Source: Eledone cirrhosa (lineage: Eukaryota). From it: a DNA stretch of 64,000 nt. The notes under the pieces are model-generated. The model ran no database searches, had not been told where the DNA came from, and saw only the letters and a program-made list of their open reading frames with translations. Location of the stretch: NCBI GenBank assembly GCA_964016885.1, contig OZ024740.1, forward strand, positions 242,482,001-242,546,000, written 5' to 3'. The position numbers and the translations under genes were made by a program. Below, piece by piece: positions 24,877-37,273 of this stretch; the stretch's first letter is position 1, and each line of letters begins with the position of its first letter.

Positions 24877-26843
24877 CTAACAGTTTAGCCCGGCGTTGCT
24901 CGGGTTTGTTCATTTGCTATGAAAAGTTACATACAGGTAAACGTGGCTTATCAATTAAATGCATAAAGCAGTTGAACCGGTTATTAAAAGTTACGAACCA
25001 ATTAGCATTTTGGACAATCAATGATGGGTTAATAATTTTCCAATAGCGAATTTAGTAGACCAAAGTTGCAAGATGGTGGCCCTGATGCCGCTGGGTGTCA
25101 GATCTGTCCACTATGGGTGACCCTACCAGTTTTTCAGACGGCATAGCTCCAACACCTGCACCAACATCTATAGCACGTCTTTGTAGACGATATTGCGTGT
25201 CATCCCTTGAGGGGTGTAAGCAAAAAGTCCATTCCTGCTCCCTACGCGGGAACAGGCAACATAAAGTTGGCCATGGGAGAAGCATGGCTCCCCCCAAATG
25301 GATGCCCGCCACCGACAATGTTTGCCCTTGTGACTTGTTAATGGACATGGCAAAACATGGTCTCACCGGGAATTGGGATCGCCGGAAATCGAACGGGATA
25401 TCTGACGCCGAGGCGAAAATTTCATCCTTGGAATGAAAACATTCTCCCCTCTCCCGCACCCCGTTACAATGGTGGCCTCAATCAAGTGAGGCGAGAGTGA
25501 CTTGACGACCATGCGAGTACCGTTGCACTGATTTGGTGGACGCAAGTTCCTTATTAGCATAATGGGGCAGCCAACCCTAAGCTTAAGAATGTGAGGTGGG
25601 AGTCCTGGGGGGCTCAAGGGAATTTAATAACTCAACCGGATAATTAACGATATCGTCGGGGTCTGACGTCCGGTCGATAGATTTGAAGATCTGTTATTTA
25701 CCGGGAATTTTCTCAATCAGCTGCTCGTTAATAAAATTAACCATGATATTTTTCGGAGCAAGGATGGCTCTTTCGCTGTACGATGGCGGGGTGCCGTTGG
25801 TGTAGGGGTAAACCAAATAGGCGGCAAAAAGCTTCATTGCTACTGATGTACCGCCCCGCCAGGTATTCTGTGACCTCGTCCCTGCTATTTTCTGCTTGAA
25901 ATGCGAACATTGCGGCAACAGAGCCCTTATTTACATATTTGCATATGTATTTTATCGACTTGACGGAGTTGCAAAAGTCAACGTTGATGTTGGCGTTGAA
26001 CATCTTCAAGAGAAGCGGGCAGTAAGGGACCACCCATCTATTGTCGACTTAACCTCCCGTTACTGTTGTGGTGAAGCCACCGTTCTCGGGCCGTCTCCGC
26101 CTGTACAGGGGGTACCCGTCACCACAAGTCTGAGTCTGGTCAACAAATTTTTTGGGGTATCCCTTACTACACGACCCCCCTTTCGGACCCGACGCACACG
26201 GACTATGTTAGCTTTGACGATGTCATCTAATTCCTGGGTTAGGGATTTCAGCCGAAGTGAAGCTGTCTATGACATTTGAATTGATTTTATCAGCTAACCA
26301 AATCAAAATGTGCGCATGTGGCAGCCCTCGTTTTTGTCATTCGACGGTGAACATGTCACATTTTACAGCCCCAAATACCTGACCCTTTTTGGATTAAAGC
26401 CATGAGTTTAGCCAGTTTCAGTCTGAACACTCTGGCAATGAGGTCATGTCTGTTCGAATAATTTTGCCCAGGAAAAAGTTCACGGGTTACATTCCGATTC
26501 ATATCTCTATAGCATTAATCTGTTATATGAAGTGTTATTTTGCAATAAGCCGATTGAAAATGCCCCAGATAAGCCGTATGTCAATACGGAACGCTCAATA
26601 CGGAACGTTCCACTGCAGTGTTGTCATATAGGGAGTGAAGAGCGACACAGAGAGTAAAGCAGTTAAATTATAGAGATGATCATGATCGATTTTTTGCCCT
26701 TATTGTTGATGGATTTGCGTCATGACCTTTCCCTGACCAAAAGCAATAATTGTCCCGACTTTGAATAGAATCCGTTGGAAATTGTGGACGTGAATCCGTT
26801 ACAAACCTTAACACAGACATCCTCAAATTTATATATATATAGA
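24877..26843 (-). mobile_element. Helitron A, non-autonomous deletion derivative with both termini
   Basis: 5' A|TCTATATATATATAAATTTGAGG; 3' hairpin CCCGAGCAACGCCGGG then GTTAG|T. Coding remnants: SIKYICKYVNKG (Rep), SERAILAPKN, PPGLPPHILKL..CNGTR and FAMSINKSQGQTL (Pif1-like helicase). Confidence 0.92.
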
Positions 26844-27811
26844 TATACTAGCTGTGCTACCCGGTGATACCCGGGTATTTTATGAAAGTTACAATATATT
26901 TGGCACACATTACAAAATATTTGACCATTCAAATACGATTGCTGAATTTTAACCAAAGTAGGAATTATAGCAGAATATTTATTGCCGTTTGGTCAAAGTA
27001 AATCATCTAGATAAAAATATTAGATTTTTCCAGTGATGATTTTTTTTTAATACTGCTGCCTATTACAGTCAGCATATATAATGCTTTACTCATAGATGAA
27101 TCATTAGGTATGTTGTCAGTGAAAAGGGCATGACCAAAAAAATACATTTAGATTTTTTTTATTTATCATTTTCTTTTTTTTTTTTTTTTTTTGCTCAATC
27201 TGAACCTCTGAAATTCAAACATGTAAAGACTATTTTAAAAGCCATAAATAAAATAAGAAAATAAATTTAGCATTGGTTTATGATTGAATGAAGCATTTAC
27301 TTACTCAATTCTGTAATTCGGGGAAAGTGTATTTAAATTTGTACACTAGCTTTCACCAATCTTTGCCTCTATGGCAGTAGGATCTTGTTTGAGGGAGATT
27401 TGTTTTCTATTTCTATTAGCTATACCAACAGTTATAGTGGCTCACATGACATACATAGATACATACACACACATGTATGTGTGTAAGACAGTTGTTTGTG
27501 ATTTGAAATGGATTTTGCTAATATTTCTAGTAGATCGAGTTATCACATAGAACCATTCCTTTTTGCTTCATACACATATATACATATCTGAGAAAGTAAG
27601 GTGGGATTTGAAGGAAATTTAGCTGCTATTTCTACCCAACAAAGTCCTCACTTATAATACTTTATATAGCAAAGGTACCCGGGAATGCCTGCATATTCTT
27701 CCAAAGTAACACCATGCAGTAAATTTGCGGCTTCAGAATTCCTTGCAAACTACATGACTAAGGAATTAGGATCTGTGTGTATTGTCATTGAATGAGGAAT
27801 TACGACATTGC

Positions 27812-30800
27812 TCATTCCAAAGCCTCTGGATAAACAACATACTTGGTTTTGCCCTGTGGTGCCACAATGAAGAGACAATCAGGGTTCCCAACCCTTGTTG
27901 TGCCAACATAGAATTGACCATGTGAAAAGACAGGAGCTGCCAGATTCAACCCAACGACTTTCAATGATTGCCTTTGAGATTTATTAATGGTCATGGCAAA
28001 ACTGAGCCTGATCGGAAATTGAAGTCTTTGAAATTCAAATGGAAAATCAGTTGGCTTCAGAGGTATTCTGGGAATTAAACAATTGTCACCAGCAAATTTG
28101 CTTGACATGATTGCAACTTCTAGAACATTGGACATCATATTTTTGATGATGAGTCTTGTGCCATTACAAAGTTTTGGAGGATCCAGATTGCGAAGTAGCA
28201 TAACCGATGCTCCAAGCTTCAGTATCAGGTTGTGTGGAGGAATTCCCGCTTGTTCAAGACTGTTCAAAAATTCAGTTGGATAGTTTACAACCTGGTCTTG
28301 AGAAGTGATTGTGTCAACTGATTTGTAGCATATTTTCTCTCGCGGTAACATCTCCAGCAGCTTTCTGTTGATTTCTTTAACAGCAACATTTTTAGGTGCT
28401 AAGATTGCTCGTTCACAGATTCATTTCGGATCACATTGCCTGGTCTGAATGTTTGGAAACACTCTGGCAATCAGTTCTTGTTCTGTGTTAATGATATGGC
28501 CAAATGACAACTGAATATGGTCATTGGAGTCCTTTTCAAGAAGTCCATTTCCCAATTTAGTAGTTGGATGGCAAACTCACTGACACCTTCGTCACCAGTT
28601 AAGTGCACTCGCATGTTGGTTGTAAGGCTCAGCAGCTGAAAGTGGAGCCAGAGATAGGATGTTTTCAGACAGGCATTGACCTGATCAGCTCGAGTCCCTC
28701 GAAGAATTACAGGCAGAGTTTGTCTGAAATCACCAGCAAGAACCATTGTCACTCCTCCCATTATGCAACTATTTTCTCTCAGATCCCTTATCGTCCGGTC
28801 CAAAGCTTCAATTGTTCCTTTATGGCTCATAGTAGCTTCATCCCAAATTATCATCGTGCATGTTTGCAGAAGCTTGCCCCTGGGTGAGTTCTTCTTGATG
28901 TTGAAAAAAGATTGTTCATGCCGTGTGAGATCTATGGGCAGCTTAAACATGGAGTGTGCAGTTCTTCCTCCATCCAGAAGTGTTGCTGCAATGCCACTTG
29001 AAGCCACAGCAAGGGAAATATGTTACTTTTGGCGAACTTTTGCAAGCAGGAGGTTTATGAGGAATGTCTTGCCTGTGCCAGCAGGAGCATCGATGAAGAA
29101 AAGTCCTCCCCTGTCATTTTGAACGTTTTCGATTTTGTTGTGGTAGGCGTATTTCTGGTCATCCATCAATCGAGGTTCATTTTCATCCACAAACTTATGC
29201 AATGCTTGAATATCGTCGTTTGTCTCCTGAAGAATGTCTTGTGCTACCTCCAATTCTTCATCTGGCTCTGGCATCCCGCAGTTAGCTAATGTGCTATTCA
29301 TTGCCTGAACTCGATGGGACAGGTCACAGAGAGCTTGATTGTAAATCCTGGGGGTATATTCCATATACATATTGCCATGATGTCTTCGGGCTAGGTGTAG
29401 ATAGTCGTCCGACATATTGTTTTTGGACTCCTGCCAGAGTAGATGAGCTTCATCAATTCCACATCCTGTGAGCATAATAGCAAATAATTGTCCTATTTGA
29501 CTGGCTACTTGAGTGATTGCTGCTTCTTCTAGGCACTTCTTCCAGTGTCCATTGTCATGCAGGAGTCCATGCTGTTTACACGCTTCTTGATATATTGCGC
29601 ACTCCCTTCCTCTGAAGCATCTAAGATACTCAAATGACGTTGGTCCTCGAACAGTATGCAGAAGTAGCCGTAAATAAAAACATTCTCTGTTGTTGGGATG
29701 GACATTGTAAACACGCCCAATAGCATCACTTGACTTGACTTCATGACCTTCCACTAAATGACCCTGCTTTCTTCGATTCCAGGTCTTGCAATTGGTCCAG
29801 GTGTAGTATGTTGGGACTTCAGCATTTAGGAGGGATCGAGCAAATTCATCATTCTGGCAGAGTTTAAAGAAAGCAATTAGTGTGGTGCCATGTGATGCTT
29901 ATGCCAACTGATGAGCAGTGATCTCAGTGAAGTACACTCTCTGGCCATTTTCCAGGTGGACTGCGAGGTTTACCACTGTTGGGTGTCGTTGGTGGATATC
30001 AAACCCAAAGATTCGCCAGATAGCTTCATTGCTGGAGATGTATCGACCTGTTTGATACCGTTTGACCTCATCCAGCCCACCATCATTGAGTTCTTTGTCA
30101 GTAATAAAGGTAGCCATATCACTGCCCTTATTGATATATTTTGTGACATATAGGATTGCCTTGACGGAGCTGCAATACTCAACATTGATATGAGCTTTTA
30201 AAAGTTTACACAACAATTTGTTGTGTGGGACGACCCACTGATTGTTTATGGTCAGTTCCTTTCCTCGAACTCTTAGGCTTGCAATATTGCCTCCATGTTC
30301 TGAACTACGCCTACGATAAAGGGGGTATCCAATATTGTCAGTCCGAGTTTCTCGAATAAAAGCTCTAGGATAATGTTTGCTGCATTTTTGAATTTGTATG
30401 CAGGGAGAGGCTGGATTGATGACTCCACATGGACCCTGAATTAGTTTGGACTTGATGGTTTCAAAGAGCTCTGGATCACCACCTTTATCAGGTAACTCTG
30501 CTGAAATGATCTTATCAACATCATCTGGTCTTATCTTCTCCTTGCACCAGATTAGTGTGTGAGAGTGAGGAAGACCTCTCTTCTACCACTCAATAGTGGT
30601 CATCCAAGCACTAAGCTCACCAAAGATTCTTCCTTCTTTTAGGAGCCAGATGAGTTGTTTTTTTTTGCTTTTTATGGAAAACCCGAGCAATGAGGTCATG
30701 TCGATCCTTTGGTTTTTGATTTTGAAATAATCCATTTGATACTTCTGACCAGTTTGAATTGCATGTAAATGTAATTAAGAGATCTGGCCGACCAAATTTT

Positions 30801-32232
30801 CTGACATAGGCCATTGCATCTTGCCTACGTTCATGCATGTTACGTGGTCCTCCGGTGAAGCTTGATAGTAGTATAACTGGCTGGCCAATACTTTTTGGGT
30901 CAACATCAGAATTGATGGCATCTCTAAGGTGGATGTAGTTATCTGCCTTCAACTTAGTTTGATTCCTTCGCAGAAAACCCAATCTTTCTGTTTCAATTTT
31001 GGCATACATGTCCACCATGAACTGGCTGGTTACTTCTTTGAATCGCAGAACTTGGTTGAAGTGGTCACGTACCATGAAATGATAAGCATAGAATTCTTTG
31101 CAGCTGATTGATCGGCCAGTCTCTTGTCCCGTTCCTGGGCTGATCTGCCGTAGCTGAAAATGATATCCATCTTGACCATTCCAAAAGATGGGCGGATATT
31201 GGAGTGAATCATAGGCTCTATGAGTTTCACAAATTCGCTCCAAATGTCGACTTCGTTTTTGCAAAACAATGTCACGTCGTTCATGCTGTTCATCAACCTT
31301 TATGATTGCAACTTCATCAGTGACAGGTGCATTGAATCTGCGTTCATGTTCTGAAGCTGGGCGTTTGTCTGCCCTAATGATGATTTTACGATCTCTGGTG
31401 TTGTTCATATGCTCCAGTGCATATTTAAATACACTGACGTACATGTGATGTTGGTGAAACATTTCTTGTAACTTTATGACTATGTAGAACTGCAATCCAC
31501 CATGGACATTGGTACATCTTTGTTGTGCCTGTGTTTCATTTCCACCCATGAAGTAAACCTGTGAGGTTCCTGTGAAAGTGGCAGAAGGCCACCCATTCAG
31601 TGGTAACACTGTCCCTGAATTTTATAAGTTGTACAGAATCTAAAGTCAGTCACATTCCTGTCAGCCCCAAAAGATGTCATTTGAAAGGCACAATTATATT
31701 TTATGATGTATTTATTGAAGTGTCGTGCTTCTGGTGTATGTTGAAGGAGCAGATTCTTCAGAAATTCAGGAGGTTCTTGTATTGTTTTAAGGCTCACTTT
31801 GCCTTTTGAGCAGCATGGACTTGGTGTTTCTGCTGCCCACTTCTTGGCACCACAATACTGGCAGCATTTGTTCATTTTCCCAATGTTGATTTGTGGATTA
31901 CTGCTGTAGTCCTTTTGAGGGTCATAAGAAAAAGCACCCATCAGCCAGTTCATTTTACTTGTGGCTTGTTCTCCTTCTCGGGTAGTAGAACGATGTGCTT
32001 GATTATCATTTCGTCTGATTTGCTGCTGTTCCTTAATTTGTTGTTCTCGTGTAGCAGCAGTCCTTTGTTCCCTTTCATCCAAACGGTGTGCTCGTGCTAA
32101 AGCTGTTTGAGCTCTGTTAGCAGCTAGACGGACATGCCGAACATCTTCACTTTCTTCAGATCGCTGTGTTTTCTTTCTCTTAGCCTCTGACGATGACCTT
32201 CCATATAATGAGCTGGAACGTTTTCTAGGCAT
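27812..32232 (-). pseudogene. Helitron RepHel transposase, disrupted by frameshifts and stops
   Basis: CQYC..CC zinc motif, YKIQGQCYH, PDLLITFTCN, EW*KRGLPHSH (HUH), YVTKYINKG, DAPAGTGKT (Walker A), IIWDEATM, GDFRQTLPV, AMTINKSQ. Confidence 0.95.
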
Positions 32233-32263
32233 TTGAAGTGATATTATGACACACCACACGGGG

Positions 32264-32533
32264 ACGGTGAATTGGCAGTATCGGTAGAGGGTCGGACGCC
32301 ATGCTTTGACGCATAGAGTTACGGCCCTTGCCATTCTGAGTTCAAATCCCGCCGAAGTTAACTTTGCCTTTCATCCTTACGGGGTCGATAAAATAAAGTA
32401 CCAGTAATGTACTGGGTTATTTGCTGGCCTTGTGCCAATAGTAGAAACAATTATTACACACCACACGATAAAACAAAGTACCAGTAATGCAGTGGAATAA
32501 TTGCTGGCCTTATGCCAAAAGTAGAAACAATTA
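32264..32533 (+). mobile_element. Two tandem SINE family A insertions in the Helitron B 5' region
   Basis: Full copy 32264-32453 and 3' fragment 32467-32533; target ACACACCACAC(G) occurs three times. Confidence 0.88.
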
Positions 32534-32740
32534 TTACACATCACACTCTTTCCGAAATAGAAACATCTCAGTCAAGTTGTTTTAAATGATCTCTTTATAT
32601 GAATATGTATTAGGTGTAATTTATTTTAGACATATGTAGAAAATATTGGAATTTCAGATTGTATGCAAAAAAACGACAAACACTACAAAAAAATATTTTC
32701 TGTGTTAATTCAAATAACAGCGGAAAATAATATATTCAAA

Positions 32741-32917
32741 TAATTGTTTCTACTTTAGGCACAAGGCCAGCAATTACTTAGTGCATTACTGGTACTTTAT
32801 TTTATCGACCCCGTAAGGATGAAAGGCAAAGTCAACGTCGGCGGGATTTGAACTCAGATCGTAAAGGGACGTAACTATGCTGGAAAGCATGGCGTCCGAC
32901 CCTCTACTGCCAATCCA
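32741..32917 (-). mobile_element. SINE family A
   Basis: Reverse complement of the consensus. Confidence 0.9.
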
Positions 32918-33802
32918 AAATGTGTAAAAATAATAAATAAATAAAAGTTAATGAACGCTTGCTAATTTCCCTCTCTCTCTCCCATCCCATTACTCTCTCT
33001 CTCTTCCCCCCCCCCTCTCTACGGAATAGAGAACAAAAAATAAAGAAAAGAAAAGATAAATAACGTTAAGGAAGCGGGAGAGTTAAAAAGTGTGTAAAAT
33101 AAATAAATAAATAAAAGTTAAGAACGCTGATTACTTTGCCTCTCTCTCTTTCATCGTCTCTCTCTCTCATCCCTTACTCTCTTTCTTTCTCTCTCACATC
33201 CCCTTACTCTCTCTCTCCCATCCACTCACTCTCTCATCCCCTTACTCTCTCTCCCATCTGCCACTCTCTCTCTCTCTTCCCATCCCTCACTCTCTTATCT
33301 ACAGACTGGAGAACATAAAAAAACAAAATGGATGATCTCTTTTGATATTCATTAGTAAATAAGATAAATTGATTTTAAATGAATTCCTTGCTTTGCAAAG
33401 TAAAACTTTTTCGACCGTTACCTGTCCGAGTGTATAGTGAATATGTACATGTAATTTTGAGGAGTTTGGTCCGGTAGTTTGCTAGTTTTAGGCGGACACA
33501 CAGAATCGTAAACTTGCATTTATATATATATAGATGTTTCTTTATTGCATTTATATATAGATATATTTCTTTATTAGCCACAGGGGCACAAAAGAAGGGG
33601 ACAAATACAAAGGGGGAAGTTTACATACAATAAAAACGTGTAAAATGTTATCACAGATGGAATTTAAAAGTTAGTCGATTTTCCCCAATAGAGGGAGACA
33701 GTTTATATGGGTAACACAGACCCCCGAAAAAAATGTGCAACCCTCATCTCCAGGAGTACGAAGAGCTTGTACTCCTTTCCTCTCCTCCTCCTTTTCCTCA
33801 AC

Positions 33803-36800
33803 CTACAGGCTGATATAGAGAGAAGGCCCATTCACTCGGGCCATTCTCGCCACTTTCACCCACCTTTCATAAAACTTGCTGGGGTACAGCACCTCTCTCT
33901 CCATCCTGATTCTTCTTCCAAAGTGGTATTTGAAAAAAAGAATCAGTTGTTGGCCGGAGAGAAAGGTGTCTGACCTCAGCCCTTTCAACCTTGTCCACCA
34001 TACAACCTCTTTCGCCATAGCTATCACACAAAGGAAAACCGCCTCTCCTTCGTTTTTGAAGGAGGGTGGCGGTTTGATCATGACAATGGACTCGGTGGTC
34101 AACTGGATTGGTCCCACCCGCGACAATAGTCGTTCCACATAGCCCCACAGGTCAGTGACGCCCGGGCAGTGTATGAATGCGTGCGCGACGGTTTCTTCGT
34201 CTCGCACGCACCTCGGACAGATCTTTTTTGCAGGGTCCCTGCCCAGGCGCCCATGTCTGTAGAGCTTGTCTCGAACTGGTAGAGCTCCTCGGTAGCACTG
34301 CCAGGCCAGGGACTTTTGGAAGTTGTCCATCGGTCCCGGGCGGAAGGTCCTACCGAACAGACTGGCCAGTTCATCTTCCTCCACGCCTAGAGTTTCACCG
34401 AGCGCGTCGTCGCACTTGCTGCGGACCAACCCTCTATAGAATGACGAAGTGGAGTCTCCACTGATCGCCGGGTCCGCCTGCCAGAGGGCTGTGAGCGCCT
34501 GAGCACATTCGATGTGCCAGTCGCCCATTTTCCTCGGTCTCTGCTTGACCCAGGACTGCAGCTCGGTCAGCGAGACGAGTCGTGGGAAGGCTCGCCTCAC
34601 GAACGGGGCCCACACCGGTTGTCCGGTGAGGAATACGTAGAGATGCCGCAGCCTGAGCGCGTGTTTGCGCATCGTCAACCACGGCATCCCCAGCCCTCCG
34701 TTAGAAGGGTGTTGGCAGCAGATGGATCTTCTTACCAAAGGAGCCCGCCTCTTCCAAAGGAATCGGAAGAGGGCGCGCTCCATTTTGGCGAGCGTTTTGG
34801 CTGGACAAGGCACGACGGTCAAGCGGTAGTAGATGGCGGACGCTATAAAAGTGTTCGCCACCTCCGCTCGACCTTTCAAGGATAGTTTGCACTCGGCCCA
34901 CTTCTGGGTGAGTGCAAACACCTTGGCCGTCACTTCGTTCCAGTTCTTCTCCACCTGGAGGTCCGGACCAAACCAGACCCCGAGCAGCTTTACCGGTCCT
35001 TCCGTCCAGCGTCCGACGACGCCATCGGAAGGCATCGGTCTGCCTCTCCACGATCCGAGTTGCAAACCGATGGACTTGTCCCGGTTCAGCTTCGCTCCTG
35101 TGAGACTTTCGTATTCCTTTAGTAAGGTGCCGACTTCCTCGATTTGCGAGGCGCTCGACACCATTACTGTCACGTCGTCGGCGTAGGCCGACGCCGCTTT
35201 CCGCAGTCCCGGTTCCAGAGGGATGCCCTGCAATAGCTCCAGCTTCCGCAGTAGTGGCTCGAGAGTCAGTACGTACAGAAGGGAGGAGAGAGGGCATCCC
35301 TGTCGAATGGATCGCGTAATATGGAACGGCTCCGAGAGGTAACCGTTCACCTTGACCCTTGAGCAGATGTTGCTGTTGTGCATTGCAGCAATCCAGCCCC
35401 TGAACACGGGTCCGAAGCCTGCCGCCTCGAGCACCGCATCCAGGTAACGATGGTCAACCCTATCGAAAGCCTTAGACTGATCCAAGTTGATCAGGGCCCC
35501 ACCGAAGCCGGGTTTACACCCTACCCTCTCTATGATGTATCGCATGAGGTGGAGGTTGTCGTGTATGGACCTGGTCGGGATCGCGCATGTCTGCGCTTCT
35601 CCCACCAGGTTCTCGACGACAAGCGCCAGCCTCTTTGCCAACACCTTGGCCAAAATCTGTAACTCTGTGTTTAGCAGAGTTATGGGCCGGAAGTTGCCTA
35701 TGTCATCCCCCTTATTCTCGTCCTTCCTGATTAGTGTGACCACGCCCCCGGTTACAGAATTGGGAATTCTCCCGTTCTGTTGCCAGTTGCAGTAGACCGC
35801 TTCCAGGAGACCGGAGAATAAGTCCGGCATTGCTACGTAAAATTCGTAGGGTAGACCGTCGAGACCTGGAGATTTGCGTTTGCCGCATTGGCTCAGCGCG
35901 TCCCCTATCTCAGTGGCTGAAATCGGCTTTTCGCAGAACTTCGCCTCGCTGTCCGAGAGTCGCGGTAGGCCGTCGAGGTATGGACCGAAATCCATAGCCT
36001 CTCCCGGCGCGCCGCTCCCCCCGAACAGCCGAGCAAAGTGCCGCTGAAAAGCCGCACACATCTGCTTCGGCTCACGTATCACGCGTCCGTTTTGGTCCTT
36101 CAAAGACCGAATCGTGGACTTGTTGCCACTTTTTGCCTCCGTCACTCGGGCCCAGCTAACAGCTTTGGCTCCCTCGTTTCCCAGAGCACGTATTTTGCTT
36201 CTGACAACGCAGCCCTCGTGCTTTGCGTCGAAGAACTGGTCCAAGGCCGTTCTCGTTGCTAGCACGCTGGCTACGTTGCCACTTCTAATAGCCTCTTCTA
36301 CTTTATCTACCAGTTCCTTCTCGGTTCTATTTCTATCTAACGCTAATTCTTTACTAAAAACTATCGAGTCTAATCTAACTGCCCTCTTGAGAGAGTACCA
36401 CCATCTGTTGTTGACAATGGCCCCTGTCAAGTGCTGTTTAACTAAAGTGCTAATCCGTCTACTGTAGGCTTTGCTTGTCGGTAACGACAAGTTCAGCTTC
36501 CAGTAGCCGGGTCCTTGTCTATGGGTTCTATCAAGGTTGGCCATGCAGGTCACTAGTTTGTGATCTGAATAGGCAACCATGAACATTTGTGGACAGCTTA
36601 ACATGTCCCTATCCTTATTTCTAACTAGAACCCTATCTAGGTACGATCTAGATGTTCCGCTACGATTACTCCACGTCCACAGTGGCGCAGTCGGAAAATC
36701 TAGTCGATATCTATCGGCCAGGTCAAATCGGTCGATTAACTGTTTGAGGCTGTTACACCCCCCTTTATCGGGACATGCTCCCACATAGTCCCAACGTGCA

Positions 36801-37240
36801 TCTAGGATTCCATTCCAGTCCCCCACTAAAAGCAAGGAGCGGGACGTTCCCAGAAAAGTCTCTAGACGTTTGAAGAAGTCTGGCCGCGGTGTCCCGGATG
36901 GGGCATATGCGGCCACCAGCCTGAACGCTCCACCTTCACTACCGTCAACGTCTAGGACCACCAGTCGACCCTCCGGGTCCAGATGTACCGTCTGTGTTAC
37001 GAGGCCCAGGTGTTTCCGCAGCAAAACGGCAACTCCGCCCCCACCCCCCGGTTGACAGAGAGATGCGTAGATCTCAAAGTCATCGAAGATGGGGGCCAGC
37101 TGTCGCTCGCCGTGGATCCTGGACTCGCAAATGGCTACCACATCCAAACTGTGCGACCTGAGGTCGTTTAAGAGTTTGCCCTGTTTCCAGGGCATCCCCA
37201 GGCCGCGTACGTTCACACATCCAACTCTTATATTGGCCAT
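33803..37240 (-). CDS. Tx1/L1-type ORF2: APE endonuclease + reverse transcriptase + CCHC zinc knuckle (1145 aa, intact)
   Basis: NVRGL, ICES, GDWN, SYLDR, SDH (APE); KSPGLDG, FRPITLLN, DQSKAFDRV, RQGCPLS, YADD (RT); CPRC..ETVAHAFIHC. Confidence 0.96.
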   Translation of the reverse strand: MANIRVGCVNVRGLGMPWKQGKLLNDLRSHSLDVVAICESRIHGERQLAPIFDDFEIYASLCQPGGGGGVAVLLRKHLGLVTQTVHLDPEGRLVVLDVDGSEGGAFRLVAAYAPSGTPRPDFFKRLETFLGTSRSLLLVGDWNGILDARWDYVGACPDKGGCNSLKQLIDRFDLADRYRLDFPTAPLWTWSNRSGTSRSYLDRVLVRNKDRDMLSCPQMFMVAYSDHKLVTCMANLDRTHRQGPGYWKLNLSLPTSKAYSRRISTLVKQHLTGAIVNNRWWYSLKRAVRLDSIVFSKELALDRNRTEKELVDKVEEAIRSGNVASVLATRTALDQFFDAKHEGCVVRSKIRALGNEGAKAVSWARVTEAKSGNKSTIRSLKDQNGRVIREPKQMCAAFQRHFARLFGGSGAPGEAMDFGPYLDGLPRLSDSEAKFCEKPISATEIGDALSQCGKRKSPGLDGLPYEFYVAMPDLFSGLLEAVYCNWQQNGRIPNSVTGGVVTLIRKDENKGDDIGNFRPITLLNTELQILAKVLAKRLALVVENLVGEAQTCAIPTRSIHDNLHLMRYIIERVGCKPGFGGALINLDQSKAFDRVDHRYLDAVLEAAGFGPVFRGWIAAMHNSNICSRVKVNGYLSEPFHITRSIRQGCPLSSLLYVLTLEPLLRKLELLQGIPLEPGLRKAASAYADDVTVMVSSASQIEEVGTLLKEYESLTGAKLNRDKSIGLQLGSWRGRPMPSDGVVGRWTEGPVKLLGVWFGPDLQVEKNWNEVTAKVFALTQKWAECKLSLKGRAEVANTFIASAIYYRLTVVPCPAKTLAKMERALFRFLWKRRAPLVRRSICCQHPSNGGLGMPWLTMRKHALRLRHLYVFLTGQPVWAPFVRRAFPRLVSLTELQSWVKQRPRKMGDWHIECAQALTALWQADPAISGDSTSSFYRGLVRSKCDDALGETLGVEEDELASLFGRTFRPGPMDNFQKSLAWQCYRGALPVRDKLYRHGRLGRDPAKKICPRCVRDEETVAHAFIHCPGVTDLWGYVERLLSRVGPIQLTTESIVMIKPPPSFKNEGEAVFLCVIAMAKEVVWWTRLKGLRSDTFLSGQQLILFFKYHFGRRIRMEREVLYPSKFYERWVKVARMARVNGPSLYISL

Positions 37241-37273
37241 GTTGGTGCTGAAAAGTTAAAAGAGGAAAAGAGA

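Larger units (their letters stand above)
26848..33534 (-). mobile_element. Helitron B, near full length
   Basis: 5' A|TCTATATATATATAAATGCAAG; 3' hairpin ACCCGG-GTATCA-CCGGGT, 7 nt, then CTAG|T; complete but disrupted RepHel inside. Confidence 0.95.

Noticed and set aside
26860-27800. Captured host gene in the Helitron B 3' region
   Set aside because: Only AT-rich sequence and decayed family C repeat pieces; no exon-like ORF.
31597-32334. 245-aa ORF starting MARAVTL as a novel N-terminal extension
   Set aside because: The first ~34 codons are antisense SINE and flank sequence. The RepHel most likely starts at MPRKR (32232).
32918-33300. Functional repeat array in Helitron B
   Set aside because: A ~170-bp tandem duplication plus a CT-rich minisatellite; internal repeats are commonplace in Helitrons.
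33867-37171. Many overlapping and antisense ORFs over the Tx1 element
   Set aside because: Expected shadow ORFs of a GC-rich coding sequence; no recognisable motifs.
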